A stretch of DNA of 64,000 nt from Antedon mediterranea (lineage: Eukaryota > Animalia > Echinodermata): contig NC_092673.1 in the NCBI RefSeq assembly GCF_964355755.1, positions 8,990,001 to 9,054,000 on the forward strand. The letters run 5' to 3'. The position numbers and the translations under genes were made by a program. Positions within the stretch are counted from its first letter, which is position 1, and each line of letters opens with the position of its first letter. The notes beneath the pieces were generated by a model. That model had not been told where the DNA came from and searched no databases. It was given only the letters and a program-made list of their open reading frames with translations. This document shows, piece after piece, positions 12,737-25,216 of the stretch.

Positions 12737-15700
12737 GAGCCATTGTCTGTAAAAATCAAAGATTTGGTGGCAGATGTAAAAAAATGGATTTCTTTCAAAT
12801 TTTTACCATGAATAGACATTTCAATAAAAAGCATATCTACAACATTCATTTCAATTTTTAGCCTCCGTTGCCATGACAACGGTCAATTATCCAAATTTTG
12901 ATGTTTTTGCCATTTTTCACAGATTTTCTATAGTGAAAAAGTACAAACTTGTATACTTATTTTAACCAAAAATACTTACAGTATACAGTTTTTGTTTATA
13001 GCAGTGTAAACAACATGTATTGAGTTCCATTTAATGTAGAAAAAAAATAAATTACAAAATGGAGTTTGGTTGATACCATTATTTTAAAAAGGGGTGTTTT
13101 TAAAAAATATTTTTTTTATAAAAGTATACCTCATAAACGTACCTATAACTTCCAAAGTGGTGTTTTTAAATCAATGAGGTTTTTTAATTTGATAGTCAAT
13201 AGGTTTGTCAACATTAATCACGAAAAAAACACTGGGGTAAATTTCGTACATAGGTTTTGTGTTGCCAGGAAAATACGAAAAATACAAAAAATATAACAAT
13301 GATATCAACAAACAAAACACATGAAACACAATTTAAATATGGCTAATCCAATAATAAAATGTATATGTGGCTTCTCATAATGCTACTAGAGTCATACGAA
13401 TATTTTAGATAAAATAGGAGAATGTGTTGCCAGGTTTATTTCAATTAATTGCCAGAAAAACAGTATTTTGCATTGAAATATGTAATTGATGGAAAATAAT
13501 GTTAAACTTGGAAATAATTGCGTCAATGGTTTTTATAAATTTTTAAATCTATTTTGTGTAAAGAGATACAGAAAGACCTCCCAAAAAATCTGACCTTGTA
13601 AATAGGTCATTTGAGGTCAAAAGAGGTCAGAATGCAAAACAGGACAGGTCCCCACTTTACTACAACTATTAATGTTTGATCAAAATTTACAAGATAGTTC
13701 ATAACAATTCTCAACAATTTTCTTATTTTACCTATAGTGTTACCTTAGCAACCATTTCTATGTGTAACTAAGGAAAGTAATTTTTTTTTTAACGTAAAAA
13801 ATGGCGTTTTTATAAATACAAAGAATTATTGATTGCATTTGTAATTTTTCTCAATTTTACTTCTACTGCATTCCATTAATGACAAACTTGACCTTGTAAA
13901 TTCATTCATTTTGAGGTCAACATTTTACCCTAGTAACTGTTTCTATGCGAAAATTTCATAAAAATTAAGGGGTTTTTCATAAATACAAAACATTTTTTCT
14001 ACATAGTTTTACAAATTACATTTCTACTTTTTGCCAAATTTACTTTAAATACTGAATCCTAATAATCTCAGAAAGAAAGTCTTGACGAATCTGAATAAAG
14101 GTAAAAAAAATGACCTTTAGTGTTATCTTAAACCTGTTTACGTAACAAATGATATTTTAAAAAAAAATTAAATATGGAGTTTCATGAAAAAAAAAATTGT
14201 TTACATATTGAGGTCAAATGACATCAACATTTTACCTATAGTGTATTGTAGCAACTGTTTCTATACGTAACTAATACAATATTTTTAATATGGGGTTTCA
14301 TGACTACAAACAATTGATTACATAGCTTTACTACCTTTTCCCAAATTTACTTATCTACTGAATCCCAGAAAATGTCTGACCTTGTGAAAGGGTCATTTGT
14401 TGGGTCAAGTTATGTCAAAATGTATTATTTATGTTATCTTAGAACCTGTTTCTATGCATAACTAAGGATAATTGTTTTTTTAAATACAGTTGAACCTCCC
14501 GTAAGTGGCCACCCTCGGGAGCTGGAAAAGTGGCCGCTTACGGGCGGTGACCCCTTACGGGAGGTTCTGCCGATAAAGGGCCAAAATCACTTATTATGGC
14601 TATATACGATATTCTTAACGAAACGAGCCTCTCAATTTTCCAGCTAATTGTAGGCCTATTATTATTTATAATCAGGTGGTTTAGTATTTTTTAGCATTTT
14701 CAGACAAATTTTAAAAACTTTTATCATATGAAAAATGGTCGGTCAAAATCTGTGTAGTTTTCTCATCTCTTCACAGTAATGTTTTTAAAACCTCTTCAAA
14801 ATAAAGCTAATATATAAAGAAATACAATATACATGCACCTCTAATTCATAGGTCCATGCAATAAGTATTGCATTTTTCGATTGGCCGCTTACAAAAAATC
14901 TCATTTTTAGTATAAAAAGGTGCCCGCAGCTGCTTACGGTAAGCACCAAATGCACTAATTAGATAGGAAGAACAAACAGGCTTTTCAAAGTGCGTCCGTT
15001 AAGGGAGGTGGCCGCTGTAAATAAAATATGGGGTTTTCATGAATAAAAATAATCACAGAAGAAAGTGCTTAAGAATATGACCTTGTGAAACGGTAATTTG
15101 AAAATGCAAATAAGGCATGCCTGCTAATAATCTACAAATTTAAATTTGTATGAGATAAATATGCAAAATCTAAAGAATATCTCATTTTTAGTTACCATAG
15201 TAACTGTTGCTATGCATAACTAAGGGAAATTAAATAATTATCAGATAATTATTAATTAATAATTAATACTGAATCCAACCATCACAGTAAAAAAAATATA
15301 GAATTTAAAACCAATATTTAATAATAAAGTGTGATATTTTACATGCTGACCTTAAATGAAATGAAATTTCAAATCAGGGCTTCAATATTTGTTATGTAGC
15401 ATTAACATACCTGAGTATATCATTGACTTTTGATTGGTTCTATTTTGGGGAGGGAAAGTGGTGGATCCAGGACTTTTAAATAGTTAGGGGGTTGAAGGCG
15501 AGGGTCTAAAAACTTGCAGTTTATCTTTTTGTGGTTATAGTTGGTCGGGGTGGGGGGGGGGGGGGTGGTAGTCGAAAGTGGTGGTGGATGGGCATGTGGG
15601 ATCTGCTTAGGTTAGCAAATAAAAGAAGTAAACAAATGAAAGAGGAGCTTCAAAATAAGAGAGGAGTAATCTGTTGCAAAGATTAAAATTCACAACGATC

Positions 15701-16467
15701 TGATAATTTATTCAAGTTTCCCGAGGATATAACCTATAAAATGACATTAAAACTGGGAATTACAGAATCTATAATTAAAAATAATTTTTTTTTCTCACAA
15801 CACAACTAGAACTATATAAAACATTAAGAATTTTTCTGACCAATGAGTTTCAAATCAAATAATCAAAGAAAATAAAATGTTTTTACTAATATACCATGTT
15901 TTTTTTTTTATAAAAATGCCTATGTTTCTCGCAACACTGCTTGTAGATTTTAAATTTACCCCAGTATTTTATTTTAGAAATCAATTATTAAACATTAGAA
16001 CTACCTATTTGTAATAAATCAGCTAAAAAAATACACCACTTTGGGCGTTATGGTGAAGTAAAGTTTAGTTGCATTGAACAATTTAAAAAAAGTGAAAAAC
16101 ACCCCTTTTTAAATAAATGGTATCTCCCAAGGTATGAAATAAAAAAAAATAAAAAAATTTGAAACAGGTACACAATGCATTGTTATTATGCATACACTAA
16201 TTATTTTTTATAATTAAATGAACAACACAAAAATATCGTTCATCAAAGTAGTACCAATATCCATTTTAAAAAACCTTAAAAAAGGACAAAATTTGTCAAA
16301 AACACAAATTTGGCCGTTGCCATGGAAATATACGTGTGAAATAAAAAATACTTCATATCTGATTTCTCTCAACACATATATAGCCATGTGCAAAATTTGA
16401 AAGAAATCCATTTTTTTGAGTCTGCCACTCTTTTTGATATTTCTTTGATTCTTACAGACAATGGCTC
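12737..16467. mobile_element. 3.7-kb non-autonomous TTAA-targeting (Kolobok-like) element with long TIRs, inserted in the Helentron APE domain
   Basis: TTAA at 12733-12736 and 16468-16471. Both termini read GAGCCATTGTCTGTAA(A/G)AATCAAAGA, and imperfect inverted similarity extends ~500 bp. The interior has degenerate tandem repeats. Excising it rejoins GFYQHVK|TPT..LLDHIY. Confidence 0.85.
14487..15017. mobile_element. pogo/Tigger-like (Tc1/mariner) MITE, right TIR partly deleted
   Basis: Starts TA|CAGTTGAACCTC, carries GGCCGCTTAC subrepeats and ends ...CTG|TA. Confidence 0.65.
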
Positions 16468-19255
16468 TTAACATGCTGGTAAAAACCCAACTGATTCATA
16501 ACTTGTAAAATGGAATGATTTGAATTGTTCACAAGATCAAAATTGAAGTCTCCCAGAATGACAGTTAGGATGTCTTTTTGTGTCCTAATTAGGTCTTGGA
16601 GCTGATTGGTAAATGTTACAGGACTCAGAGATGGCAGCCTGTAAACAGTAATCACGTTGACATATGTAGAAGCTTTGGAAATAGATATAGCTGTATATTC
16701 AAACCGTTTTGCAGATAATTTAAGTTCGACAGGTGCAACATTCCGAACAGCTAATGTCATCACACAACCTCCTCGTCCCTGTGTAGAAGGTCTGTCAGCT
16801 CTGAAGCACATTGCGTCTGGAAGTATATGTTGACTGTCAGTGTCATTAAGGTTATGTCCATTTTTCAGAAATGTCTCTACACAACAGAACACATCAGTTG
16901 GAAAAACCATATGATCGAATTTCAAATCTTCAAAATGTTCTAGGTAGGATCGTATATTAAGAAGTCGGATCTTTAAGATAGATTGAAGAGCAACTTGAGT
17001 AGAATGAAGCTCATTGTGTGTCACCAGATTGCTTCTAAGACGATCCATTTCTTCAAGCAATGCTAAATTGACCCAAATGGCACTTGCATCAAATCCAAGA
17101 AGATGTAAATCTTGTAATGTCTTGACTCTGCTGAGTGCGACATAAGCTTGGCCTGGCATAAAACGGCTCTTGCCTGACATTGAAACGATCTTGTTTAAGG
17201 TTTTTTCTTGAACTTTATTGATAGTGCATCCCCAGACTAGCGAAAGAGAGAATTGAGTACGTTTAGCTTCTACTGATCGTCTGTTCTGCCAGCCAAAAAT
17301 TGTACCTCTTGTCTCTTAATCGGCACAGCATCAGGATACATGTTCTTGTACTGACTGTCAGCAATGACTTGTTTTCCAATACGCTCACTGTCAAATTTCA
17401 CCAGTATCACATTAACAGTTTCCCCTGTTGTTTCAATGCCAACAACAGTGCCACAGACTCCATTCGCCAGACCATCAGATACATTGATGTTAAGGGTCAC
17501 CATCACTTTTGCTCCTACAGCAACACAGATACAACCTCTCGCAAGCCTCCAGTGTCTGATGGCTTGGCTGATATAACAACATCGATTAGACCAGTGTGTA
17601 CATCTTTCTTCTTGTCGATAGCTTTAATATAAAACACCTGAGTTGGGAGTTTTTTTAAATGGTCTTGGTTGTGTTCATCGACTTCTTTGTTTGTTTTAAA
17701 GACATGAAGAGCTGTGACTGGATATGATGCATCTGACTTTGACACTAACCTGGATTTTAACAACTTTATATCTTCTTGTGAGCAGCTGGCTGTCCTGAGT
17801 CGCATCAGTAGCTGTGCGAACACTTGATCTTCACTTTGGCGCATGCTTTCTGTCAGTTCCATTAGGTGAAAGTTTTCCTTCCACAGAGAGCAATGGAGCC
17901 TGGCATAGGTATCTGAAGGAAGACCAAACACATGGCTTTGACCAACTGGTTGAAATTGAAATAAATCTCCAACAGCAAAAATACTTAAGCCTCCAAACCG
18001 CGATTCTGGGTCTGATGTTCCAGTAATGTCTTTTAAACGACGGTGAATGTGATATAGAAGATCTGCACCCACCATAAACACCTCATCAATGATGAGAAGT
18101 TTAACTTTCCTAACCTAAACTGCAATGTGCTGAGCTTCTCACTACTGGCTGGGTGGTATTCTTTTCTGCTATTGAGGCCACAAGAAAAGTTAAAAGCCGA
18201 GTGCAGCGTCAACCCTTCTATCCCAAAGGCAGCTGTTCCAGTGAATGCAGTTAACAAAACTAGAAGTTAATCAGGCTCAAAATGTCCTGATAAGGGTTTT
18301 AATAGCTTCATTGTTTCATAATGAACCAGTTTTATAATGTGGCTTTTTCCTACTCCACCAGGTCCACTTAGGAATATTCTGTATTTTGGAGTAGGCTTGT
18401 CATGTTTCAGTGCAAAAACAACGTCTTTACACCACTTTCGATGAAACGTCATAAATTCCATCTGCTTGGTGTTTAATGATCTCATCATAGCTCTGTATTC
18501 TTGAGGGTTCATGAGAACCTTACCATGTTCAGCTGAAAAGCGTGCATGAAGTTCGGACCTATTTGAAGTGGTGGGTCTTTCATTCAGGTCAATATTTACA
18601 TTTTGGCTGTTTTCTGGCACATGTCTTTCTTGAACTACTCTTTCGTCTTCCTGTTCAGCTTGCTGATACCGAATGTTGGTTGAAACAACATCCCAAATAT
18701 CTTCTGCAGGCCCATTCTGCTGCAGGTCATCAAAGGCTCTGTCTATCGCTTCAGTATTCTGACTAAACATACTCTCATTTTTATGGATGATATCCTTCAC
18801 ATGCATAAAATGTTCTTTGAATGAGGAAAAATCGACCTTCAAATCGACATCTTCATTGCGCCAAGGAAAATACAACATAAGCAGGTTTCTGTACTTTTCT
18901 TCACCTTCTGACTTTTCCTTGTGGAACCTAATGACACCGTGCGCTTACCCATGTGTCCTAGACTGTGTTTTAATGTGATTCTTGAGTCCCAGCTTCGTTG
19001 ATATCACTAACATCAAAAACATCTGTAATATCGTTAGCTGCTTCTTCTGCACCACCTCTGGTAGTGTAGTGTAGTGTATGTAGCTGCAAACCAGGCCATG
19101 GACATATTTTCTAGTTCATTTGGATGGGCGACGTATCTGTCAATCAGGGATGTGCAAAAAATATTCTCATCATCATCATTCATATTTTGCAGGATACTAT
19201 TTGGCTTTAGTAGGCAAATTCGTTTCTCCTTTGGGGCAGTATTGACAAACACTAC

Positions 19256-19533
19256 CTGTAAATTAAGAATAAATAAGTGTAAGATAAATTGTAATTTTTA
19301 ACTTTTATATACTATACTATTGTTTTAGGATTCTATAATTGTAAGATGTTTTTTTTTTGTAATTTTTGTGTACTTTTTATCAGTTTATTGTTATGTGACC
19401 CAAGTGGAAATAAGTTTTTAACTTTTCTTGGCATTCCTCGTAATCAATCAAGGCCTGTTTATCAGTGCAATTGTATTATATGTTATTGTTTTAAACCTTG
19501 GATTACCAAATAAAAAAAATCAAATTCAAATAC
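19256..19533 (-). other. Apparent GT-AG intron in the Helentron ORF, containing an opposite-strand LINE 3' tail
   Basis: Minus strand reads AGA AAG|gtatttg...ttcttaatttacag|GTA GTG TTT GTC AAT; removal gives SRK|VVFVNT. The plus strand shows a CR1/L2-type 3' stem (GACCCAAGTGGAAATAAG...CTTGG), AATAAA and a (CAAAT)n tail. Confidence 0.65.
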
Positions 19534-21400
19534 CTTTCTGCTTGCTTTTTCAAGGGTAGCGACGGCAGCCTATATGCAGCCTCCTGGGCACTAACTTCTC
19601 GATTATTGAGAAAAGCAGATCCAACCATTTTTAGCTTGGCCCTAATATATTCACCTCTGCATTCTTCTGCAACGTTTATAAGCAATTTACTCATTGCCTT
19701 TTCAGTTTTCATCATAACTAGTGATATATTTTATGCAAGAGTACGGATCTGTTATGAACTGTAAGTCCATGTTTGCTTGCCATGTCTGCAAGATCTTTGG
19801 ATTATATTGATTTATACATCTCTCAGCAGGCTGCCTGACACTGCAGTATAACCTGTTGCCCTGACTTCATGAGCTGAAGATAATGTTGATAGCAATGCAA
19901 TTCCACTTCAGGTTTTTGAAGCAGACATTCAAGAGATATATTTTCTGGTATTTCTTTATCTTCCATTACTTTCTGTACCCTATGTATTATCTCGTATTTT
20001 ATATCAAGATCAAGATATATCAATATTCCAATTAAATAGTAACATCTAGATTTTCTGATGACCTGGCTATCAGTGTATTGCTGCTTGGTGGATGTGAGAA
20101 CCTGAACCTGCAGGACCCACCTTTTCTGCAAGTAAAAGAGTGTACATATTTTTGTACAGAGAGGATCAACTCTCTCAGTTCACACTCTTTCTCATCTGGT
20201 ATGGCACACGTCTGGTACTGATCAATAAAAGCGGCAACTTCTTCATCAGTATTTTTATCAAGTTTTGGGGCATCTTTTATCCAAAGCATTGTATGCGCTT
20301 GAGAGGACCCACAAGCTTGAAATTTGATATGGATAATATAGTCTTGTAGTTGACCAATGGGATTAGCTTTTCCCCCTATAAATTCCTTAAAGAATATATC
20401 AAGGCGGTGTTGGAATTAACATGCTGCTGTTACTGGTTTACAACGCAACCACTTGCACTTTCTTCCCATGACATGCTTTTGACATCATTAGGCGTCAGAG
20501 TTTTTCCGTACTGAAAGGCAATGCTCTGAATAACCTCAGGCCACTTCATATCTCCTGCTGAAAGTGTTAGAAACCATGTTGGTATGCCTAATTGTCGAAC
20601 CATTGCTAGCAAGTCTAGCATCACAGAATTCCAGTATGGTGGAGATCCGTGAATGTTCTTTCGAAACTTAAAAGCTGTATCTGTACGAATCATTGCTTGT
20701 ACAGCAGTGTCACTGCATTTTATTAAGCCAGCATTGACTGTTCGGTTTTGAAATGTTTTCCCACGACTTTGTCTTAGAGAAATTTGAAGGTTATCATTGA
20801 CTTGTTTCGCTTCTAATGTATATTGGGCAGCCAAAAGGTAGTTGATGTCTTTAGCATAACGACTATCCTTGTGAAGAAGTCTCTGATTAAAGTACTTCCT
20901 GGTTGTCAATGTTTTTCCTTGTTTTTCTGATAACCCACCACGTCCAAATGGATATTTTGTGGGGTTAGACATCTCTTCAAACAGTTTGTCATTTAGAAAA
21001 GCACATGGATTTTGGTTCTCTCCTGGGGCTACAGAGAAGTTGCTGTCTTCGTCAACAAACTGTTCTTCTTGTACGAGGGTATCACAGGGTATACCTCGTA
21101 ATTTAGTGTTATGTTTTCATCTTTCTTGTCTTGTCTTGAGAGGTTCTGATTGTGTTTGTTCTAAGTGTAAATCTGTTTCAGCAGTTTCCAGTGCTACATA
21201 GTGCAGCTCTCCAATCAGACCGATAGTTATCGTGCTATCACTTCTACATCGCCGAGGATGCACATTATGCATCCAATCAGGTGTGATAGTGTTTATCACA
21301 TTGATGTTGATATTGAGCATGTCAGCAACACCTTGGACTGCTAGGTTATCTGCCCATTTATCATTTCTTAGGTCTTCGATATAATACTCAAGCTGCTGAT

Positions 21401-22890
21401 GGCTCGTGAAAGAGTATCCGCTGTTTGGAGTGATTTTCCAGGTACATAGATTATATTTATGTCGTACCTTTGCAGATGCATTCGCATTCTTTGTAGATGC
21501 AGAGGTCCATCAGCTAGCGGTTTCGAGAAAATTGATACAAGTGGCTTGTGATCAGTCTCGCATATAACTGATTGTCCATAAAGAAATTGGTGGAATCGTT
21601 CACTCGCAAACATTGTGGCTAGGCACTCTTTTTCAATTTGTGCGTACCTTGTTTCTGCTGAGGTCATTGCTCTTGAGGCATATGCCAAGCATTATCTTGG
21701 GATGTTTGCCATACCCAGACTACGTTATCTTTTGTCAACTCTCTTAGCGGAGCAGTTATGTTTGATAAGTCTGGTACGAACTTTGCTAGGTATGTGACCA
21801 TGCCTAAGTATCGTTGCATCTCGAGCTTGGTTGTGGGTTGTGGCATATTTGTTATTGCCTTAATTTGTTATTGCCTTAATTTTCTCTGGATCTGGCTTTA
21901 TGCCTTTATCTGTCAGTAAATCACCAAGGAATACAACTTGCTTGACACAGAACTCACATTTTCGTTTTTTTAGCTTTATGCCGTTCTTCTCTATGATGTC
22001 AAGTATTTGGCTTAGTTTGTCTCTATGTTCTTCAATTGTTTTAGATGATATTATGATGTCGTCTTGCATTGAGTTTACTTGTGGTATGTTTTCCAACAAG
22101 TTCCCAATTGCCACTTGGAACCCTTCGCTTGCGCAGTTAATTCCAAATGGTAAACGTTTGGTAAATGAATGCCGTTAGTGGTGTTTCTTTCCACTGTATT
22201 CAGTGACGCTTCCTCAAAGTTTGGTATTATTAGTTGTAGCTGAAAACATGTATCAGCACTTAATGTTGGTTTATAATCTGTCAATTTGTCATCAACTATG
22301 TATACTGCAAATGTTCCTTTACGATCCTTGCTGTACGCTATGTCCAAGTTGCATTTCCCCAAAATTGGGATAGCAGCATGAGAGTAGCTTTTGACTGGCG
22401 TACTTGAATTGATTTTTGATTTGATTTATTAGCATCTCATTAAAAAGACATACACAGTTTATGAAACACAGATATATACAATTCAAAAATGTTGAAAAGA
22501 CCGATACAGAGATGCAGGATAGCCCATGAAAGTCTCAATGTGAGACTTATTTCCAATGGGGTCCTCAGCTTACGGGAATGATGAGTAATTTGCTGTTCAG
22601 TTTGCTGTATTCCGTGTATAGCAATATGTTAACTTTTGCCCCACTGTCAAGTAGAAATACAACTTTGTTGTTGTTTATGTCAATGGCGTCAATTGTGCTC
22701 AATAGAAAGGCTTCCTCCTCAGATTCAGATTCCGATGCTACAACTACATTCGCTTTTTTAAAGCTTTTGCTGTAATATTTGCGTTTATCATCTTTTGCGT
22801 GTGTCTTTACGTAGCTTGTTTTCGTTGTGCAGCATTTTCCGAAGTGATTGCGCCCGTTGCATTTGTCACATATTTACCAAATGCTTGACA
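21401..22890 (-). mobile_element. Ty3/Gypsy remnant A (gag zinc knuckle, protease, RT, RNase H)
   Basis: CDKCNGRNHFGKCC knuckle; FLLDSGAKVN protease; QDDIII RT; AYASRAMTSAETRYAQIEKE, ETDHKPL and ADTLSR RNase H. Confidence 0.88.
22409..22568 (-). mobile_element. Extremely 5'-truncated CR1/L2-type LINE 3' tail
   Basis: Minus strand has a 3' stem-loop, AATAAA and a (TCAAA)n tail. Near-identical to 49271-49440. Confidence 0.7.
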
Positions 22891-23225
22891 TGATTCATAA
22901 TTGCCAGCGATGTAACTGTAACTAACAATAGCTAGGTATGCGCTTGTCTGGCTTTGTTCAGACGCGTGATAAAATGTTCCATCCAGGAACCAAAATGTGT
23001 ACTGTAGTTACTTTCCAGGCAAAGTTTACCGACTGCTCCTCGTGTAGTGTGTGTCGACGTACGCTACACTACAGCAAAAACGAATTATGTTACTTGTTCG
23101 TATGTTCACCAATTTTTAAATTTACAAGTTAACCCTCTATACCGTGGGGCACCTAAAATAAATATTTCATACATTACTAAACAAAAAAACATGCCATTTT
23201 CGCTTAGCCAACATCTTATTGTAGC

Positions 23226-24150
23226 ATAATAATAATAATAATATTTATTGGTTACTCTCCTTTAAAACGGAGGAACACTCTCATCAAGAGGTTCGACCCA
23301 TACAAAATGTTTACAAAATAGTTATTACAATATTATATTGTAGCACTTGCCAGTTCTTATACTATGACGTTATTCAAGTTCCTTCACTTGAAGGGCTAGT
23401 GTTGCCTAAAAGATCGTTTTGATTTAGCTTTTCGCTTTTTTTTTTGTATCTCCATTGAGATCCAGCCACTGATACCCACAGCATTGTCATTTTTTCAGTA
23501 ATTTGCCTTTGGATTTATATATATATATACAGGTTAATAAAAATGTCCCAATAATATTCATTAATTGTACATAAGTCACTTTTCAATTCATTAAAACAAT
23601 TATTTCTTATGGAGGATAAACTTACACAATTGTTTCTATTGAATTACTTTTACAAATGAGAATCTGACCATAATCGCTTTCTGCCTTTTAAATCTAAGTT
23701 ATTGGTTCTTGCTTTGAATTTTAGGTTCGCTACTTTAAAATGTATTCTATCTAAAAGGTAATATTCCATATATGGTGTATTTTTATATTTAATATAGTCA
23801 TTTAATGTTGTTTTTGTTTTTGCCTTTTTAAACCAATCTTAGTTATTACATTCAGAAATATTTTTCTTAAAAGATTTTAACCAATAACCTTGAGGTTCCA
23901 TATTGAATTTGTCATTTAAGTTCCACTTTTCTAATATTAATTTAACATTTTCAATCCATTTCCATCTTTTTGAAAATCTAACCTCCATAAGTTCCTTACA
24001 TAATAAATGTGGCCACCTATAATCTTCCATCGTCTTAAGTCTATTAAAGTAACTTATTCTAAATTTGTTTTGTAATGTTTCAATGGATTGTCATCCTAAA
24101 TCACCTGATAATGCTTCATTGGTGACATTTCTAGGTGCTTTTAATATGCT
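23226..24150 (-). mobile_element. RTE/RTE-X-like LINE 3' fragment
   Basis: MEDYRWP...YLLDRIHF...LKFKARTN is homologous to ORF 62194..63447. (TAT)n tail at ~23226-23243. Confidence 0.7.
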
Positions 24151-24250
24151 AAGTTATTAAATTTTCAATGTCCTGTCCTGTATGTAATGAATGAATGAGG
24201 TGTGGTGCCATCTCGGATCGGATTTCGTCTTCTTGGAAAGAGTTTTCTCC

Positions 24251-25216
24251 TGTAATATACTTTATGAGACGAGAGATGTTTCTTGTAACACAATGCTTTT
24301 ATTCATATATCATTTGACAACAATGTTGGGTTTCGTTGGGTTTAAATCATCTTCTCTAAGCAATCATTCACGGAATTGATTGTCCAATAGTTCACAAACA
24401 ATACTGTCCCTGATAAGAATTTCCTCAATTTCACCAAACTCACATGTCTTGCTTTTGTTCTTTAGGTCGGTCACATATTGGACTATCTTCTCACCTGGTA
24501 ACTGGTTTCGTGAAAAGAAAGTGTGCCGTTCAAATGTGATGTTTTTCTTTGGGTTGCAATATTCCTCAAATTTGTGCATAACTGTGTTTAATCTCATCTT
24601 TTAAATTTAAATGCGTTATATACATCTAAGCCTTGTTGCCCAATTGTATGGAGTAGTAATGACGTTTGCGTTTCAATTTTTTTGTGAGATTCCACTGGCA
24701 ATGTTGTATAGTTCAAATCTCTGTTTGAATCTCTTCCAATTCTCTGTTGCCTGTCGATATATTTAATTGTTCTGGCTGATTTAAGTTCGCCATGATCAAT
24801 ATTCATTTTTAATATTGTCAGTTGTAACAAAAATGTGTATAGGCTATTTCCCTGCTGCTATCCGAACACAAAACCAATTAAGTTCTCTCCGAACGTGTGT
24901 ATTCAACAACACGTTTTACTATTCCCGTAGCAGCGTGTATGCTAGCCTATTTATTCTAGCCTAGTATGGCTTATCGATTGACTTTATTATATATTTCAAT
25001 CCTACCGTTGCCACCATGTAATATACTTTACGACACGATAGATGTTTCTTGTAACACAATGCTTTTATTCATATATCATTTGACATCAATGTTTTAACAA
25101 TCTTTCGTAGGGTCTTCTAAACTGAAGCCATGTTTAGAGGTGTGTTGCCTTATTGGTAGCCTACATAACTATAGAGGGCGACATCATAATATACTGTATG
25201 ATGCTATCATATAACA
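24251..25216 (-). mobile_element. Internally deleted Ty3/Gypsy element (5' LTR, PBS, partial gag, partial 3' LTR)
   Basis: LTR 25017-25216 has TG...CA ends, and its terminal ~80 bp is repeated at 24251-24330. PBS TGGTGGCAACGGTAGGATT (24998-25016) is complementary to a tRNA-Leu 3' end. Gag reads YCNPKKNITFERHTFFSRNQ...CEFG...LIRD. Confidence 0.85.

Larger units (their letters stand above)
12512..21400 (-). mobile_element. Helentron/Helitron2-type rolling-circle transposon (OTU - Rep - Pif1-like SF1 helicase - APE endonuclease), decayed and 5'-truncated
   Basis: OTU-like WADNLAVQGVADML...IGELHYVAL at 21190-21400. Rep motifs LGIPTWFLTLSA, (E)FQ..G..AH..LW and DLQFITDPY.C..YI. Helicase motifs GPGGVGKS, IIDE, VGDL.Q..PV, MRQ and GQAYVALSRV. 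APE motifs LNIRS, VYR and GDFN, continuing LLDHIY...YSDH at 12630-12735. 3' hairpin GTACTC-CGA-GAGTAC plus CTAG at 12512-12540. Confidence 0.9.

Noticed and set aside
16214-16474. ORFs at 16214-16474 and 13066-13296
   Set aside because: Spurious frames within the inverted arms of the TTAA element.
16452-21400. Host PIF1 gene or endogenous DNA virus
   Set aside because: Rep HUH motifs, the fused APE domain, many frameshifts and the hairpin-CTAG end indicate a Helentron.
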